45,561 nt of DNA from Candidatus Heimdallarchaeota archaeon (GCA_046761065.1 JBHIFL010000034.1:1-45561), one strand, 5' to 3'. Positions 29,132 to 40,669 are shown, counted from the stretch's first letter. Numbers and translations: made by a program. The notes: generated from the sequence alone by a model not told the origin.

Positions 29132-30619
29132 CTAAAAACCCAACCGCCCCGGATGGAGGATCCCATTAGGATCCAAGAGATTTTTCATAGCTTTCAAGTA
29201 TTTGAAATACGTTGGAGCCCTTTCCCACATAAGTGGTGCATGAATTTTCGGGTTGGGGCGATAGTTGAGCCAACCTTGGTTGTAACAATATTCGGAGGTG
29301 ACCCGATCCAGTTCCCGGACTTTTTCAACACTGATAGGATTGGTGGAATCGAAACAGACTATTGGCATGACGATTGCTTGGCGACCATGGTCGATCGATG
29401 CGATCCAAATAACTGGGGGGATGTCAAACTCTTCCATCTTGCTAACGTAATACTTACTCATCTCGGCACTCTCATTCCAGGGAGTGTACCAAGTGATGAA
29501 CAAGAAACCGCCACGATAGAGTGCATACGGGATTGCAATGAGATTCGGTTTCTTCAATCGACTAGCAATTTGTTTGGGATGAAGTTGCTGCTGAACAGGG
29601 TGGTTGCCAGTCTCTTCGCCGTATCGTTCCATTTCCTCTGCAATTCGTTTTTTGATAAATTCGAGCTCTTCGTCCGAATGGGCCCAAATCTCAAAGTTCT
29701 GCCACCATTCTGGAATTCCTAATTTTTGGTAGAACTGATACCCCTTTGGTATCTTTTTTTCAGGCCAACGGGTCATGACAAGGGGCCAGTTTCCGCCTTG
29801 AACCATTACCAAGTTATCGGCAATCCCCAATTCATATTTCATAACGCGTAACGCGGCATCTTGCACTGCTTCGACAGATGAATGACCGTAAACAACAATT
29901 GTTTTCACATGAGGATGAGGAACGATTCGAATAGCTGCTTTTGTGATAATACCCATTGTTCCTTGACTGCCAAGAAAGAGTCCATCAAAGTTGGGACCAG
30001 CTCCCCATCGGTAGAATGGTTTGAATCCATTTCCCCCCTCAGAAAGAGCCCATGAACCGGTACGAAAGAGGTCTCCATTAGGAAGGACGACTTCTAAACC
30101 CATGATAAGATCAGCTTGAGGTCCAAAGGCGCCCGTCACGAGGCTGAAGCCACGTTCAATAGCATCGCCAAGAATAGTAGCCGAAGGAGGAGCTCCATCT
30201 GGAACAGGAGGGGCCCATTCAGGGTAGTACTTCCGAAAATATGCCCAAATTGCACCTGTTCGTACTCCTGGTTCGACAATCACATATCGATTGTTTGTAT
30301 CAACCTCCATTACTTGATCCATGCGGGAAAGATCAAGAAGAATTCCTGCGGGTTCAATTTGTGGTAATGCAAAGCCCCCACTTAGCCCGCCTGCCGCTGG
30401 AGTAACTGGAATTCGATTTTCATTAGCGATTTGCAGGATTGCTTGGACTTCCGAAACTTTTTTCGGGCGGATAACAGCCTCTGGGGGAATCGCATCGAGA
30501 CCCATGATACCTTTTGAAAGGTAACTATACCGAATAGCTTTGTTCGTTGTGATGTATTTACTCCCAACGGTCTTTTCGAGCTTCTCCACGACACTTGTAG
30601 ATAATTCATTGAAATTCAA
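29132..30619 (-). CDS. FAD-binding oxidoreductase, GlcD/VAO-PCMH family
   Basis: LDLSRMD, VEPGV, GLEVVLPNG, GSQGTMGIITK, LDPNGILHPG. TTG 30619 follows GGAGG. Confidence 0.92.
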   Translation of the reverse strand: MNFNELSTSVVEKLEKTVGSKYITTNKAIRYSYLSKGIMGLDAIPPEAVIRPKKVSEVQAILQIANENRIPVTPAAGGLSGGFALPQIEPAGILLDLSRMDQVMEVDTNNRYVIVEPGVRTGAIWAYFRKYYPEWAPPVPDGAPPSATILGDAIERGFSLVTGAFGPQADLIMGLEVVLPNGDLFRTGSWALSEGGNGFKPFYRWGAGPNFDGLFLGSQGTMGIITKAAIRIVPHPHVKTIVVYGHSSVEAVQDAALRVMKYELGIADNLVMVQGGNWPLVMTRWPEKKIPKGYQFYQKLGIPEWWQNFEIWAHSDEELEFIKKRIAEEMERYGEETGNHPVQQQLHPKQIASRLKKPNLIAIPYALYRGGFLFITWYTPWNESAEMSKYYVSKMEEFDIPPVIWIASIDHGRQAIVMPIVCFDSTNPISVEKVRELDRVTSEYCYNQGWLNYRPNPKIHAPLMWERAPTYFKYLKAMKNLLDPNGILHPGRLGF

Positions 30620-30881
30620 CTGGATGCCTCCACTTTGCCTGATTATTCCATCAAAATACGCACACACACGTTCCGGGAACCGGGTGCCTTTAACGCGCTC
30701 GCCTTTAATCTTTTTGCTAAGCGATGCGTCTGGTACAATATTCCTCTGAAAAATAGAGGCTAATTTCGATGTGATGGAGGAAATATCGATGTGATTTCAT
30801 TTAAAGCTTAGGTGAACGGCAAAGAAGAGTATTTGCCTCATTCCAGATATATATCATGAGCTATTTTATTATTTATCCCTT

Positions 30882-31157
30882 GTGGGAACTTACATGAAGG
30901 ACGAATCAGGAAAAGAGCTGGATCAAAAGCTAAAAAGTGCCTTACGGAAATCTGCGGCCATCCAAGTGGGGAAGAAAGGAATTACTCCGTCGTTGATTCA
31001 AGAAATTGCGAATCAACTTGAAATGAAAGATGTTATTAAGATTAAAGTCCTCAAACCCTTAGAAAACCCAGAGATTATCCTTCAAGAGCTTGCAACGTCG
31101 TGTAATGCGGTTATTTGGAAACAGATTGGCAGAACAGGTATTTTAACCTCAAAATAG
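30882..31157 (+). CDS. yhbY: YhbY/CRM-domain RNA-binding protein
   Basis: IQVGKKGIT, VIKIKVL, QIGRTGIL. Start may be ATG 30894. Confidence 0.9.
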   Translation: MGTYMKDESGKELDQKLKSALRKSAAIQVGKKGITPSLIQEIANQLEMKDVIKIKVLKPLENPEIILQELATSCNAVIWKQIGRTGILTSK

Positions 31158-31458
31158 AACTATTTACAGCTGGATCACATATGATATGATGGAAAAACCA
31201 AGATGTGCATTTGTAATAAATAGAATATGTAAAATTATTTCTTAAGAAGCTGTAAAACACCTTCTTAGTAAGTTTTCTAGTCTCAAAAGTTGGACGATCT
31301 CTGGAAAAACTGGAAAACTTTCACATTCTATATCATTCGCGTTACACAATAGGGCACATATGTTTGCATATTCTTCAGAATATATTAACAAATAAAGAGG
31401 ATAAGGTCTTCGTGTTCATAATAGAAGTAAGTGGAAGTGGATGCAAATAAATTTATTT

Positions 31459-33678
31459 CTATGCAACTCGGATGCGGGTTTCATACTCCGGTCGGATTAC
31501 ATTTTCATGGGTCACATCGGAGGCATGAATAGGCGAATGCACCATTATTTTCTGGCCAGATAGTTGATCAATAAACCACCCAAGTTTATCTGAAGAGGAG
31601 TGAGCGCTGATCCTCGCGTAGCCAACCTGACATTGATGGCTAATCTTCCCATGCAGCAAATCCCATCCGAGACTTTTCTTTGCCATCCACCCACACAAGA
31701 CAACTCCCGTAGACGGATCACGGCGAATTTCTCGGAGCAGGATCCCCGCGACGCTTCTACCAGATAACATCCCTGAACCGGAAATAATAACGGTGTCTTT
31801 TTCAAAGGGAGGAGTGCCTCTTTCATGTAATTCGTAGTTGCCATTCAGCCCAACTAATCGGGCAATGCGTGCACTCATACCAACAAGGATCACACGTTTT
31901 TCTTGAGTGAGTCCCGCATTTTCTAATCTCTGCAAGATTTCTTGGCTTCTTCCAAGGGAGAATGCAGGAATGAGAGTTCGATCCGTCTTCTGCACAATCT
32001 CACTCAGGATTTGATCGGCAGAGGTGTAATCAAAGGGGGGGGTTCCATAATATGTGCCGTCAAAGATGGTGAAATCGGCATCTATAGGTAATTCGTGTTC
32101 GATAGCATCTGGGAAAAGGCTAGTAGGATTTAGATTGAAATCGCCTGTGTAGTAAATTGTATTCCCTACGATATCTATTAAGTAGCCAAGTGAGCCGTAG
32201 ACATGGGCAGCAGGAACTGGAGTCACTAACACATCGGGAGCGATTTCGATTTGTTTGCCAGGTTGTAGTGGGATAAAGTTTTGGTGCACTCGTGACAAGT
32301 TATTTGGCCTGGTTACATGTTTAAAGATTGAATGGGTATATAGAAGAGAGTTACTGAATGTAGATTTTAGTATCTCCGAACTATTTGCGAGCAAGAGTCT
32401 TGTAAGTTCATGCGCGAGGGGGGCTCCATACCAAGGTCCTTGATACCCAGTTGCGCGATAGAGGATAGGCAGCCCACCAGAATGATCTAAGTGTGCATGT
32501 GTAATCAAAACAGCATCAAGGAACCGCAATTCTGGAACAAATCGAGGGATTTGCGAATTCGTTAAAGCATAGCCAAAATCGAGGAGCACAGAGCCATTGG
32601 AAGTGATAATGAGGATGCCACTGCGACCAATGGCTCCACCCCCAAGAAATACAAGCTCCACCTTTTTTATCGGTGTAGCAAAGGATATTCGGCCCAATAA
32701 GTGATTAAGCGCGCCTTTCGGGATGGATTCGAATCGAGATGGGCTAAGAGGTTTCGATGGTTTGACAATAGGGCCCAATTTTTGAAAGATCGTCTCAAAG
32801 GTTATCGGTAATGGCTCATGCGCCACGTCTGTTAATCCTATCTCTCTAAAAACGGATTCAGCATCCTTTAGGACTTGTTCAAATGAAATTTGATCCTCAT
32901 CGATCTTTACTTTAAGAAGAGTTAAAGCCCGGTTTAAGAATTCATTTAAAATTCGGGTTGCCTTCGAGTGGGATAACCATAAATGTGCCTCTGAGATGAT
33001 TTCTTGAAAGTTTCGCCCTACAATTAATTCAGGTAAGAAGTGAAAACGATTTTCAAGAAGTCGGAGAAATTGACAACATCTATCCTCCTCTATAAGTCGA
33101 TCTAACGAGTTTATACCAAGCTGAATCGCATCAGACGCGATTTCTATTGGAGTAGGAATCGGAATCCCAGTGAACTCATAATTATCACGTATAAAATGCA
33201 TCAGCTCCTCCCCTTGAAGCCCAGTTTGATCCGCTTTGTAAAGAAATGTTTGCGTAATATTATGTTGTTTCTCCTCCCGTTCCTCACTCATGTGGTAGTA
33301 GAACCGGGCTATAGGGCGAAAGTCTTCTAAGTCGAAAATTCCCCATAAATAAAGTAATTTCGCGATCTCAAATAGCTTGGCAATGCGAGAATCCTGTTCT
33401 TCAACCCATGAAAGGTCATTCCAGTAAACACATGCCATTTTTTCTATTAATTCGTCTTCTTCTGAAAAAACATTAGGTTTAATGCCCTCTTTCTTACAAA
33501 GGCTTTGAAGGATGGCAGATATCACATCAACTTCTGAAAATCCTGCTACTTTTATTGCATCATATAAAGTTTTTTTGGATTCAATTTGTGCATTGGCTAT
33601 TTTCTGTAATAGTTCTCTGCATTTTTTTTCCACAACATTGTAATTAAGATCCATATTCAACTCCTTCGACTTCCGCAT
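31459..33678 (-). CDS. Metallo-beta-lactamase/beta-CASP nuclease with long N-terminal extension
   Basis: LGGGAIGRS, LLDFG, THAHLDH, AAHVYG, YTGD, PAFSLGRSQE, SGML, SAH, MVH. Confidence 0.9.
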   Translation of the reverse strand: MRKSKELNMDLNYNVVEKKCRELLQKIANAQIESKKTLYDAIKVAGFSEVDVISAILQSLCKKEGIKPNVFSEEDELIEKMACVYWNDLSWVEEQDSRIAKLFEIAKLLYLWGIFDLEDFRPIARFYYHMSEEREEKQHNITQTFLYKADQTGLQGEELMHFIRDNYEFTGIPIPTPIEIASDAIQLGINSLDRLIEEDRCCQFLRLLENRFHFLPELIVGRNFQEIISEAHLWLSHSKATRILNEFLNRALTLLKVKIDEDQISFEQVLKDAESVFREIGLTDVAHEPLPITFETIFQKLGPIVKPSKPLSPSRFESIPKGALNHLLGRISFATPIKKVELVFLGGGAIGRSGILIITSNGSVLLDFGYALTNSQIPRFVPELRFLDAVLITHAHLDHSGGLPILYRATGYQGPWYGAPLAHELTRLLLANSSEILKSTFSNSLLYTHSIFKHVTRPNNLSRVHQNFIPLQPGKQIEIAPDVLVTPVPAAHVYGSLGYLIDIVGNTIYYTGDFNLNPTSLFPDAIEHELPIDADFTIFDGTYYGTPPFDYTSADQILSEIVQKTDRTLIPAFSLGRSQEILQRLENAGLTQEKRVILVGMSARIARLVGLNGNYELHERGTPPFEKDTVIISGSGMLSGRSVAGILLREIRRDPSTGVVLCGWMAKKSLGWDLLHGKISHQCQVGYARISAHSSSDKLGWFIDQLSGQKIMVHSPIHASDVTHENVIRPEYETRIRVA

Positions 33679-33957
33679 AACATCCCTAGTTGATTAACAA
33701 TATGGTTGTTCTCTAGATGGTTTTTTGTCCCAAGGAAATTAGGACACCCTTATATTTATTATTTTCTCGAGAGAAACATTTACAAAAACAGTTATGACCG
33801 ATATAACATATGTTCAAGGTTGGTTTGCAATTTACAATTTTAATGATTGGTTTCATTACTCATTCAATATTTTGTCATCATCGATGAAGCTTCAATCATC
33901 ATAAATTCATCATTAGTGGATCTCACTCATTAATAGGAATACCAGGAGAAATCCAAG

Positions 33958-35169
33958 ATGCGGTTTGTTCCAGAGATTCTCTTACGGAAAATCGATGAAA
34001 TTGGATCATGTGATATAGTTGTGGGCATACCATCGAAAAATAACGCAGATACGATAGAATTTGTACTGCAGCAGGTAACAGACGGCCTAAAAGCTTATTT
34101 TTCAGATTTCGATGCAATCATTATTAATAGTGATGGATTCTCGGAGGATGGAACCAGGAGAATCGTCGAGAACTTCGCTAAAGTATGTTCTATTCCAACG
34201 TTTACCAGCGTCTATAAGGGTCCAAGCGGAAAAGGAACTGCTATCGGCTTACTCTTTGAAGTTATCGATCTCTTGAAAGCCAAAGTTGGAATAATGCTCG
34301 ATGCAGATCTGCGAAGTATTCGTCCAGATTGGATTGATGCCTTTGTGTCACTCATATTAGAGAGAGACTTTGATTTCGTTACTCCTTACTACTATCGTTA
34401 CAAATATGATGCAACGATCACGAATAACATTGCATATCCTCTAACACGAGCGCTATATGGAAAAAACATAAGACAACCTATTGGAGGAGACTTCAGTTGG
34501 TCAAAAAAAGCTAATTCAACGTATTTATCTCAAGAAGAATTTCCATACAAGTTTGGAATCGACATTTGGATGACAACGACAGTCCTTGCAGAAAAAATGA
34601 AGCCATGCCAAGCCGTCTTGGGAGCAAAGATCCACGATCCGCGAGATCCTGCAGCCGAACTGTCCCCCATGTTCAAACAGGTGGTTGGAACGCTTTTTCG
34701 AATGGTCAATATCTATCGGGCTGTTTGGAAGGGAGTTTCAAGTGTTGAAGATGTACCAACCTTCAAATATTCAGAGCCACGCGAACCAGAATCTTTTGAC
34801 GTTGATCTCACTGCTCTCCTAGAAAAATTTAGATCAAAATACACAAAAAATCAAGATGTGATAACTAGGGTTCTACCAGAGCAATTAATAACGAAAATTG
34901 AAAAGGAATTACCTGCAGATGGGATTAGTTGCAAAACTTGGATCGAAACAGTCTACAATTATTGTTACCGCTATAATATAGCGGCGTTCTCTGAGAAAGA
35001 AAGAATTCTCGATTCGTTAATTCCATTCTGGAACGGGAGAACAGCACAATTTATTGTGGCAACCCAAGATTTGAACACAGAACAAGCTGAGCAAGAAATC
35101 TTGGAACAAGCTAATGCCTTTCTTGAAATGAAAAGTATATTGACTGCTCTTTATGAACACTCCATCTGA
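33958..35169 (+). CDS. Glucosylglycerate/mannosylglycerate synthase-like glycosyltransferase
   Basis: VVGIPS, SDGFSEDGT, GKG, DADLRSI, YDATITN, RQPIGGDF, FGIDIWMT, KIHD. Confidence 0.85.
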   Translation: MRFVPEILLRKIDEIGSCDIVVGIPSKNNADTIEFVLQQVTDGLKAYFSDFDAIIINSDGFSEDGTRRIVENFAKVCSIPTFTSVYKGPSGKGTAIGLLFEVIDLLKAKVGIMLDADLRSIRPDWIDAFVSLILERDFDFVTPYYYRYKYDATITNNIAYPLTRALYGKNIRQPIGGDFSWSKKANSTYLSQEEFPYKFGIDIWMTTTVLAEKMKPCQAVLGAKIHDPRDPAAELSPMFKQVVGTLFRMVNIYRAVWKGVSSVEDVPTFKYSEPREPESFDVDLTALLEKFRSKYTKNQDVITRVLPEQLITKIEKELPADGISCKTWIETVYNYCYRYNIAAFSEKERILDSLIPFWNGRTAQFIVATQDLNTEQAEQEILEQANAFLEMKSILTALYEHSI

Positions 35170-35246
35170 AAAGATATTGGATAGAATACGAATATACTAA
35201 TCCTTCGTACATGCCCAGTATTTAAAACGTACCAACACTTCGATTG

Positions 35247-36347
35247 TTAAACAATGGTTTTTGTTGTTTTTTTATCAAAGATGTAAACCCTATTCACATC
35301 AAAGAACACATCGATATCTTCTCCCATGGTCACCTTGGACTCGGGTGGGAAGACTGCTACGAATGTTGCTGATCCAATTCGGAAATGGACATGAATCTGA
35401 TCACCCATTGGTTCGACAACATATGCATGAGCTTTAAATATATTTTCTAGGGTAGCTTCCTTGTGCAAAGTCCGATCATAGATAGCAGAAGGGCGGATCC
35501 CCATGGTGACGGTAGATCCCACGCGATCTCGAATCATATCACCGATATGTTGAGGTAATGGTAACTCAAAATCCGATAAATCTAAAGCAATTTTCCCGTT
35601 ACGTTCAATAATCGTCGTCTCATTAAAATTCATGGGTGGTGAGCCAATGAAACCAGCAACAAATTCATTAATCGGTTTATTGAATACTTCTGTCGGATCT
35701 CCTAGCTGTTGGAGTAGCCCGTCCCTCAGAATTGCAATCCGGTCACCCATTGTCATCGCTTCGACTTGGTCATGTGTTACATAGATAGTAGTGATTTTCA
35801 GCTCTTTTTGTAACTGCTTCAATTCAGCTCGCATTCGCACTCGAAGCTTTGCGTCAAGATTCGATAGTGGCTCGTCCATGAGCCATACTTTCGGTTCTCT
35901 TATGAGTGATCGGCCTAGGGCAACCCGTTGCCTTTGCCCGCCTGAAAGTTCTTTTGGTTTCCTATTAAGCAGGTCCCCAATTCCCAGTAGCTTAGCAGTT
36001 TCCTTTGCTTTCTCAACCATCTCATTTTTGGGAACCTTCCGTGCCATAAGGGGAAATGCGAGGTTCTGGGCGACAGTTAAGTGAGGATATAACGCATATG
36101 ACTGAAATACCATAGCTATATCTCGATGTTTTGGAAGTAAGTTATTCACTAGTCTTTTACCGATGTAGATTTCCCCTTCAGTTGGAGTTTCAAGTCCTGC
36201 GACCATACGAAGGGCGGTGGACTTGCCACAGCCCGATGGACCCACCAGTACCAAAAACTCTTGGTCAGCAATGTCAAGATTTAGGTTATTTACCGCAACA
36301 ATATCTCCGAATTTTTTCGTCACATTCTTCAGTCTGACATTTGCCAT
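35247..36347 (-). CDS. malK: Sugar ABC transporter ATPase
   Basis: GPSGCGKS, LSGGQRQR, MDEPLSNLD, VTHDQ. Start ATG 36347. Confidence 0.93.
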   Translation of the reverse strand: MANVRLKNVTKKFGDIVAVNNLNLDIADQEFLVLVGPSGCGKSTALRMVAGLETPTEGEIYIGKRLVNNLLPKHRDIAMVFQSYALYPHLTVAQNLAFPLMARKVPKNEMVEKAKETAKLLGIGDLLNRKPKELSGGQRQRVALGRSLIREPKVWLMDEPLSNLDAKLRVRMRAELKQLQKELKITTIYVTHDQVEAMTMGDRIAILRDGLLQQLGDPTEVFNKPINEFVAGFIGSPPMNFNETTIIERNGKIALDLSDFELPLPQHIGDMIRDRVGSTVTMGIRPSAIYDRTLHKEATLENIFKAHAYVVEPMGDQIHVHFRIGSATFVAVFPPESKVTMGEDIDVFFDVNRVYIFDKKTTKTIV

Positions 36348-36351
36348 AGTA

Positions 36352-37263
36352 TCACCCCTTGACTCCTCCACCTGTAAGACCCTGAACTAGATACTTCTCG
36401 AATGTCAGGAACAACACAATGACAGGCACCGTCAATATGACTGAACCCGCCATCAGTTGCCCCCAAACACCCGCATGGGTCATTTGATGGAGATGAGCAA
36501 GCCCGATAGGTAATGTGTACTTGTCGGAGTCTCTCAGAATTATGAATGCAAAAAGAAATTCATTCCACGTGATCATAAACACATAAAGTGCAACAGTAGC
36601 TATCGCTGGAAGTGATAGAGGGATTGTAACCCGCCAAATGACTCCTAGGCGACTGTAGCCATCCACAAGAGCGGCTTCTTCAATTTCTACAGGGATTGTT
36701 TTGAAGTATCCAGCAAGCATATAAAGAGCTACAGGGATTGTCTGAGCCATATATGTTATCACAAGCCCACCCAGAGAGTTCACAAGGCCAGCACGGGTGA
36801 TCAAAACATACAAAGGGATAATCAAAAGAATTCCAGGAACGGTATAGATTGCTAAGATCGCATTCGACACAAATCCCTTTCCTTTGAAAGTGAGCCTTGC
36901 GACAGCGTATGCTCCGAGTGTTCCAAAGGCGACAGTCAGTACTACGGAAATTCCTGACACTATCAGGCTATTGACGGCGTATCTCGCGAAATGAAGCTCA
37001 ATAAGAGCCCGACGATATGTATTTTCAAAATCAAACCGGGTAGGGAAAAACACGGGATGCACTCCTTCCGCCGGGTTGGGCACCATGAAGAGGTCTGCAA
37101 AGACTTTAACTGATGAGATAAACATCCAGTAGAAAGGAAATACCACAACCAATAAGAATCCCCAAAGCACGAGGAGAAATACCAGTTTAGACAGTACCCT
37201 TTTCCACTCAATCCCTAACCAAACAGAATCAATCTTTAAGGTTTTAGAGTCTTCAACTACCAT
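36352..37263 (-). CDS. Sugar ABC permease, MalG/YcjP-like
   Basis: EEAALVDG motif, WNEF, multiple TM segments. Confidence 0.93.
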   Translation of the reverse strand: MVVEDSKTLKIDSVWLGIEWKRVLSKLVFLLVLWGFLLVVVFPFYWMFISSVKVFADLFMVPNPAEGVHPVFFPTRFDFENTYRRALIELHFARYAVNSLIVSGISVVLTVAFGTLGAYAVARLTFKGKGFVSNAILAIYTVPGILLIIPLYVLITRAGLVNSLGGLVITYMAQTIPVALYMLAGYFKTIPVEIEEAALVDGYSRLGVIWRVTIPLSLPAIATVALYVFMITWNEFLFAFIILRDSDKYTLPIGLAHLHQMTHAGVWGQLMAGSVILTVPVIVLFLTFEKYLVQGLTGGGVKG

Positions 37264-38522
37264 TTTAACACCGTCCTAGTATAGCTAACTAGGAAAACCA
37301 CCAAGATAATAAAGATGAACATCGCTGTCGCCGCTGCAACACCCAAAGTTAACCGAATCGTTCCGAAACTATATCTGTAAACTAAAATTGGTAAGGTTGT
37401 TGTCTCAGGAATATCACCTGTCAAGAGGAAAATGTCATCAAACTTATTGAAATTCCACATAAGTCGGAGCAGGAAAACAACCGCGATCACATATTTGAGT
37501 TCGGGTAATGTTATATAGCGAAATTTCAGATAGTTACTTGCCCCATCGACATCCGCCGCTTCGTACAGCTCAGGATTAATGGCTTGTAGCTGTGCAAGGA
37601 TCATAAGCATGGCAAATGGAAAATATCTCCATGCTTCGAATATTATTAGAATGATAAAGTTCCAAGGAAAGACTGAAAGCCAAGCTCCTTGTGCTGGTGG
37701 TTCACGTCCTATAACTCGTAAAGACCAGTTACTAACTCCATAAACAGGATGCAACAGCCAAGTCCAAACTAAGGTGAGGGCTACCACGGGGGCAATGTAG
37801 GGAAACAGGAACAACGCACGTGCAAGCCCCCGTCCTTTGAACTTCCGATTCATCAACAAAGCCGCCACAAGCCCTATGATAACCGCAAGCACTGTACTCG
37901 AGAGCGCATACACCACAGTTCTTACAACTACTCGGATGAACTCCGGATCTCTCAAAACATATCGATAATTGGAGAGCCCAATAAAAGGCGCACCCCCAGC
38001 CAAGTTTCTAAGATTGACATTTTGAAAGCTAATTATCTGATTGTAAACAAGAGGAAAAACAATGATTATTCCTACGATAGAAAAAGTAGGCACAATTAAA
38101 GCGTAAGCAAGCCGCGCTTCCTTCGCTTCAATTGTCATGGTGGCTTCAAACTTTTCCTTCGTTTGATAGAGAATGAAAATTGAGATGGCAACTAAAATGA
38201 TTAATAAGAACCCTAAGAGATGTTGAGTTGTTACAAAAAGCAGGAAAAAGCCAATAATAAAGATATATGGTTGAAGGAGCCCTGAAGTGAGCCAAGCATT
38301 AGGATTCACTTTCAACGCTTTTATCATTGCATAGAAACAGAGTATTGCCATGCCTAAAGTGCCCAATCCCCCTAAAAAAACAAGAAGGTCTTCAATAGAT
38401 ACTCTTAGCAAGTTGATACTGATGAAGAGCAGAATCCCTCCAAGTGATGCACTTAATCCGCTCATGATTTTCTCTCTAGTTATAGGACCCAAGAAGCGCT
38501 CTTTGCTCTTAGCCACAGCCAC
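37257..38522 (-). CDS. Sugar ABC permease, MalF/YcjO-like, with extra N-terminal TMs
   Basis: LYEAADVDGA, IGLSNY, WRYFPF. Confidence 0.93.
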   Translation of the reverse strand: MAVAKSKERFLGPITREKIMSGLSASLGGILLFISINLLRVSIEDLLVFLGGLGTLGMAILCFYAMIKALKVNPNAWLTSGLLQPYIFIIGFFLLFVTTQHLLGFLLIILVAISIFILYQTKEKFEATMTIEAKEARLAYALIVPTFSIVGIIIVFPLVYNQIISFQNVNLRNLAGGAPFIGLSNYRYVLRDPEFIRVVVRTVVYALSSTVLAVIIGLVAALLMNRKFKGRGLARALFLFPYIAPVVALTLVWTWLLHPVYGVSNWSLRVIGREPPAQGAWLSVFPWNFIILIIFEAWRYFPFAMLMILAQLQAINPELYEAADVDGASNYLKFRYITLPELKYVIAVVFLLRLMWNFNKFDDIFLLTGDIPETTTLPILVYRYSFGTIRLTLGVAAATAMFIFIILVVFLVSYTRTVLKW

Positions 38523-38957
38523 TTTTCACACCTCATACGTGTTAAATATCAAAGCAAGCTATCCCAAAAGTATTCAAGTACAATAAATTATGACATTATT
38601 AGACCTATGCCTCGCTTTTGTACCGAAAGTTCGCTTCACAGGCGAAATCTCACTATAAATGTATGTATACACTCTGTTCCCCATATAAATTCCATTTAAA
38701 CTATTATTAATTCAGTATTAACATGGAATCACTTGGAATTCTTCTTAAGAGTTGCGATTACTCTATTTATATCAAAAGTTCGATTCAACATACACATTTC
38801 TTCAAGTCTTTTATTTATTTTAAACTCAAGCGAGAAATTACTATGAATTATTTGGACAAGTATTTGATTTTTATATGCGTAAACTAGTATACTTTAACTA
38901 TTAAAAAAGGAAAAAGGAGGGAAGAGACACAAGTGTTATGTATTATTATGACTATGA

Positions 38958-40433
38958 CTACTTGTTGCGCTTTCTGATCATTAAAGGTATGTAAAATGCA
39001 GCTGCTAGCATAAAAAGGAGTCCCAGCTTTGGATCCATTTCAGCCACTGTTTCTGTGATTACTGATGTCTTGACCACTGTTTCAGGCGCGACCGGTTTGT
39101 AAGGAGGTGTGTCTCGTTCACCTAAGACATACTCCATCCGTTCTTGCGCCCAGGTAGCAGCTTGAGCTGCTGTCATTCGTCCTGCAATCACATCCGAAAT
39201 AGCTTCTGGGACCACTAGTTCACCATAAATGTCAGCTACCGCAGGGAACACCTTGCCCTCGACGAGCCCCCACCGGTCTATCGCATTGAACCCGCTGATT
39301 ATTTGATCGCCAAATCCCTCTGAATATTGTTGGAACATCTCGTTATTCTTCCACTCTGCTTGGATCGTGGTTCGGACAGGCATCTTGCCTACCAGGGCCA
39401 TATTCACCCAGTCAAAGTAGCCATCGCCAAGGACGTACTTTACCCAGTCTTTTGTCCCTGCGACTGCATCTTTACAGATAGCCATAGTGTTCAGCTGCCC
39501 GTATGTTCCTTTGTCCCCATGTGCGCCCTCCATGACAGGTGCGAAAGCGGTCTTTTCCCCTAAACCCTCAATGGGGGTCCAATCTCTCGCTTGAAGCCCC
39601 AAGATATCATCGATGATATAGGTGCTATAGAACATCATTGCAGCGGCACCCGTTAGATATAATTGATTGGCCTCTTTCCAGTCATTATATCCTGGAGGTG
39701 CATATGCAGCCAAGTCGGCATAGAACTGGATGGCTTCAACCTGACGAGGAGTATCGATGATGAGATTTCCTGCGGAATCAAAAGCTCTGGCACCATTGGC
39801 TAGCGCGAAGTGTTCGTAAACTTGCTGGGTATAGACCCTGCGGGGATGCGTTCCAATAACGATCCCATACATGCTTGGTGGGTTGTGTAACGCTTTTGCT
39901 GCAGCCTCTATATTGACCCACGAGTCAGGAGGGTTAAGGCCATTTGCATCAAAGAGGTCTTTTCGATACCAAATACCTTGAACCCAGCCGTCCAATGGAA
40001 CTGCTGCTTCACCGGCACCAAGAACATTTGTCACCATGTTCAGAGCACCTTCACCAAAGGTGGCGCGTCCTAGCTCATCGATTACTGCAGTTGCTGTAAC
40101 AGGATCTAGGATCTCTTGCTCTGTATAACCCGCGACAAAGTCATAGCTAATCTCTATTACATCGGGAAGATCATTTGCAGCCACACGAGCTGCCATGGTT
40201 TCGGGGATATCATTCTCGTCAACGCCTACAACGTCCACTTTGATGCCTGTCTGTCCTTCGAAAACCCCAGCCATCTTATTGATTATTTACATACGGTCTG
40301 TCTCTGTTTCTGTTGTCCAAAATTCAACAGCTTCTGCGGGTGCTGATTTCACTGGAGTCAGCGCAAGAAATCCACTCGCCATCATTAGTAAGAGTACACT
40401 AAGTGTCAAAAGTCTTCCTGTTTTATTTTTCAT
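38958..40433 (-). pseudogene. YcjN-like sugar-binding protein interrupted by one TAA
   Basis: Signal peptide from ATG 40433 is in frame with 38958-40274; TAA at 40287-40289 is codon 49. GIWYRKD, YSTYI and a C-terminal TM+RKRNK follow. Confidence 0.8.
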
Positions 40434-40669
40434 TATTTCTTTTCTCCTTTCCATAATTATAGGATTAATCCAAATAATTATAATCTGTTTATATATTCTT
40501 ATGGATGTTAGATGAAGTATTAAGGCATTATATAATTAATATATATTCCTTGTAACCCGAGGGGATCTCTTTTTTTATGCGTTGTTTATAACTCCTACCA
40601 TCATGTTAGTAAGCATCACATCCCACCATAGCTCGATAGTTTCATCAAGAAATCCCGGAAGATGGTTCC

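Noticed and set aside
18302-40433. Stop-codon reassignment suggested by several in-frame stops
   Set aside because: The internal stops are a mix of TAA, TAG and TGA at positions implying different residues, some occur with frameshifts, and all three codons end intact genes.
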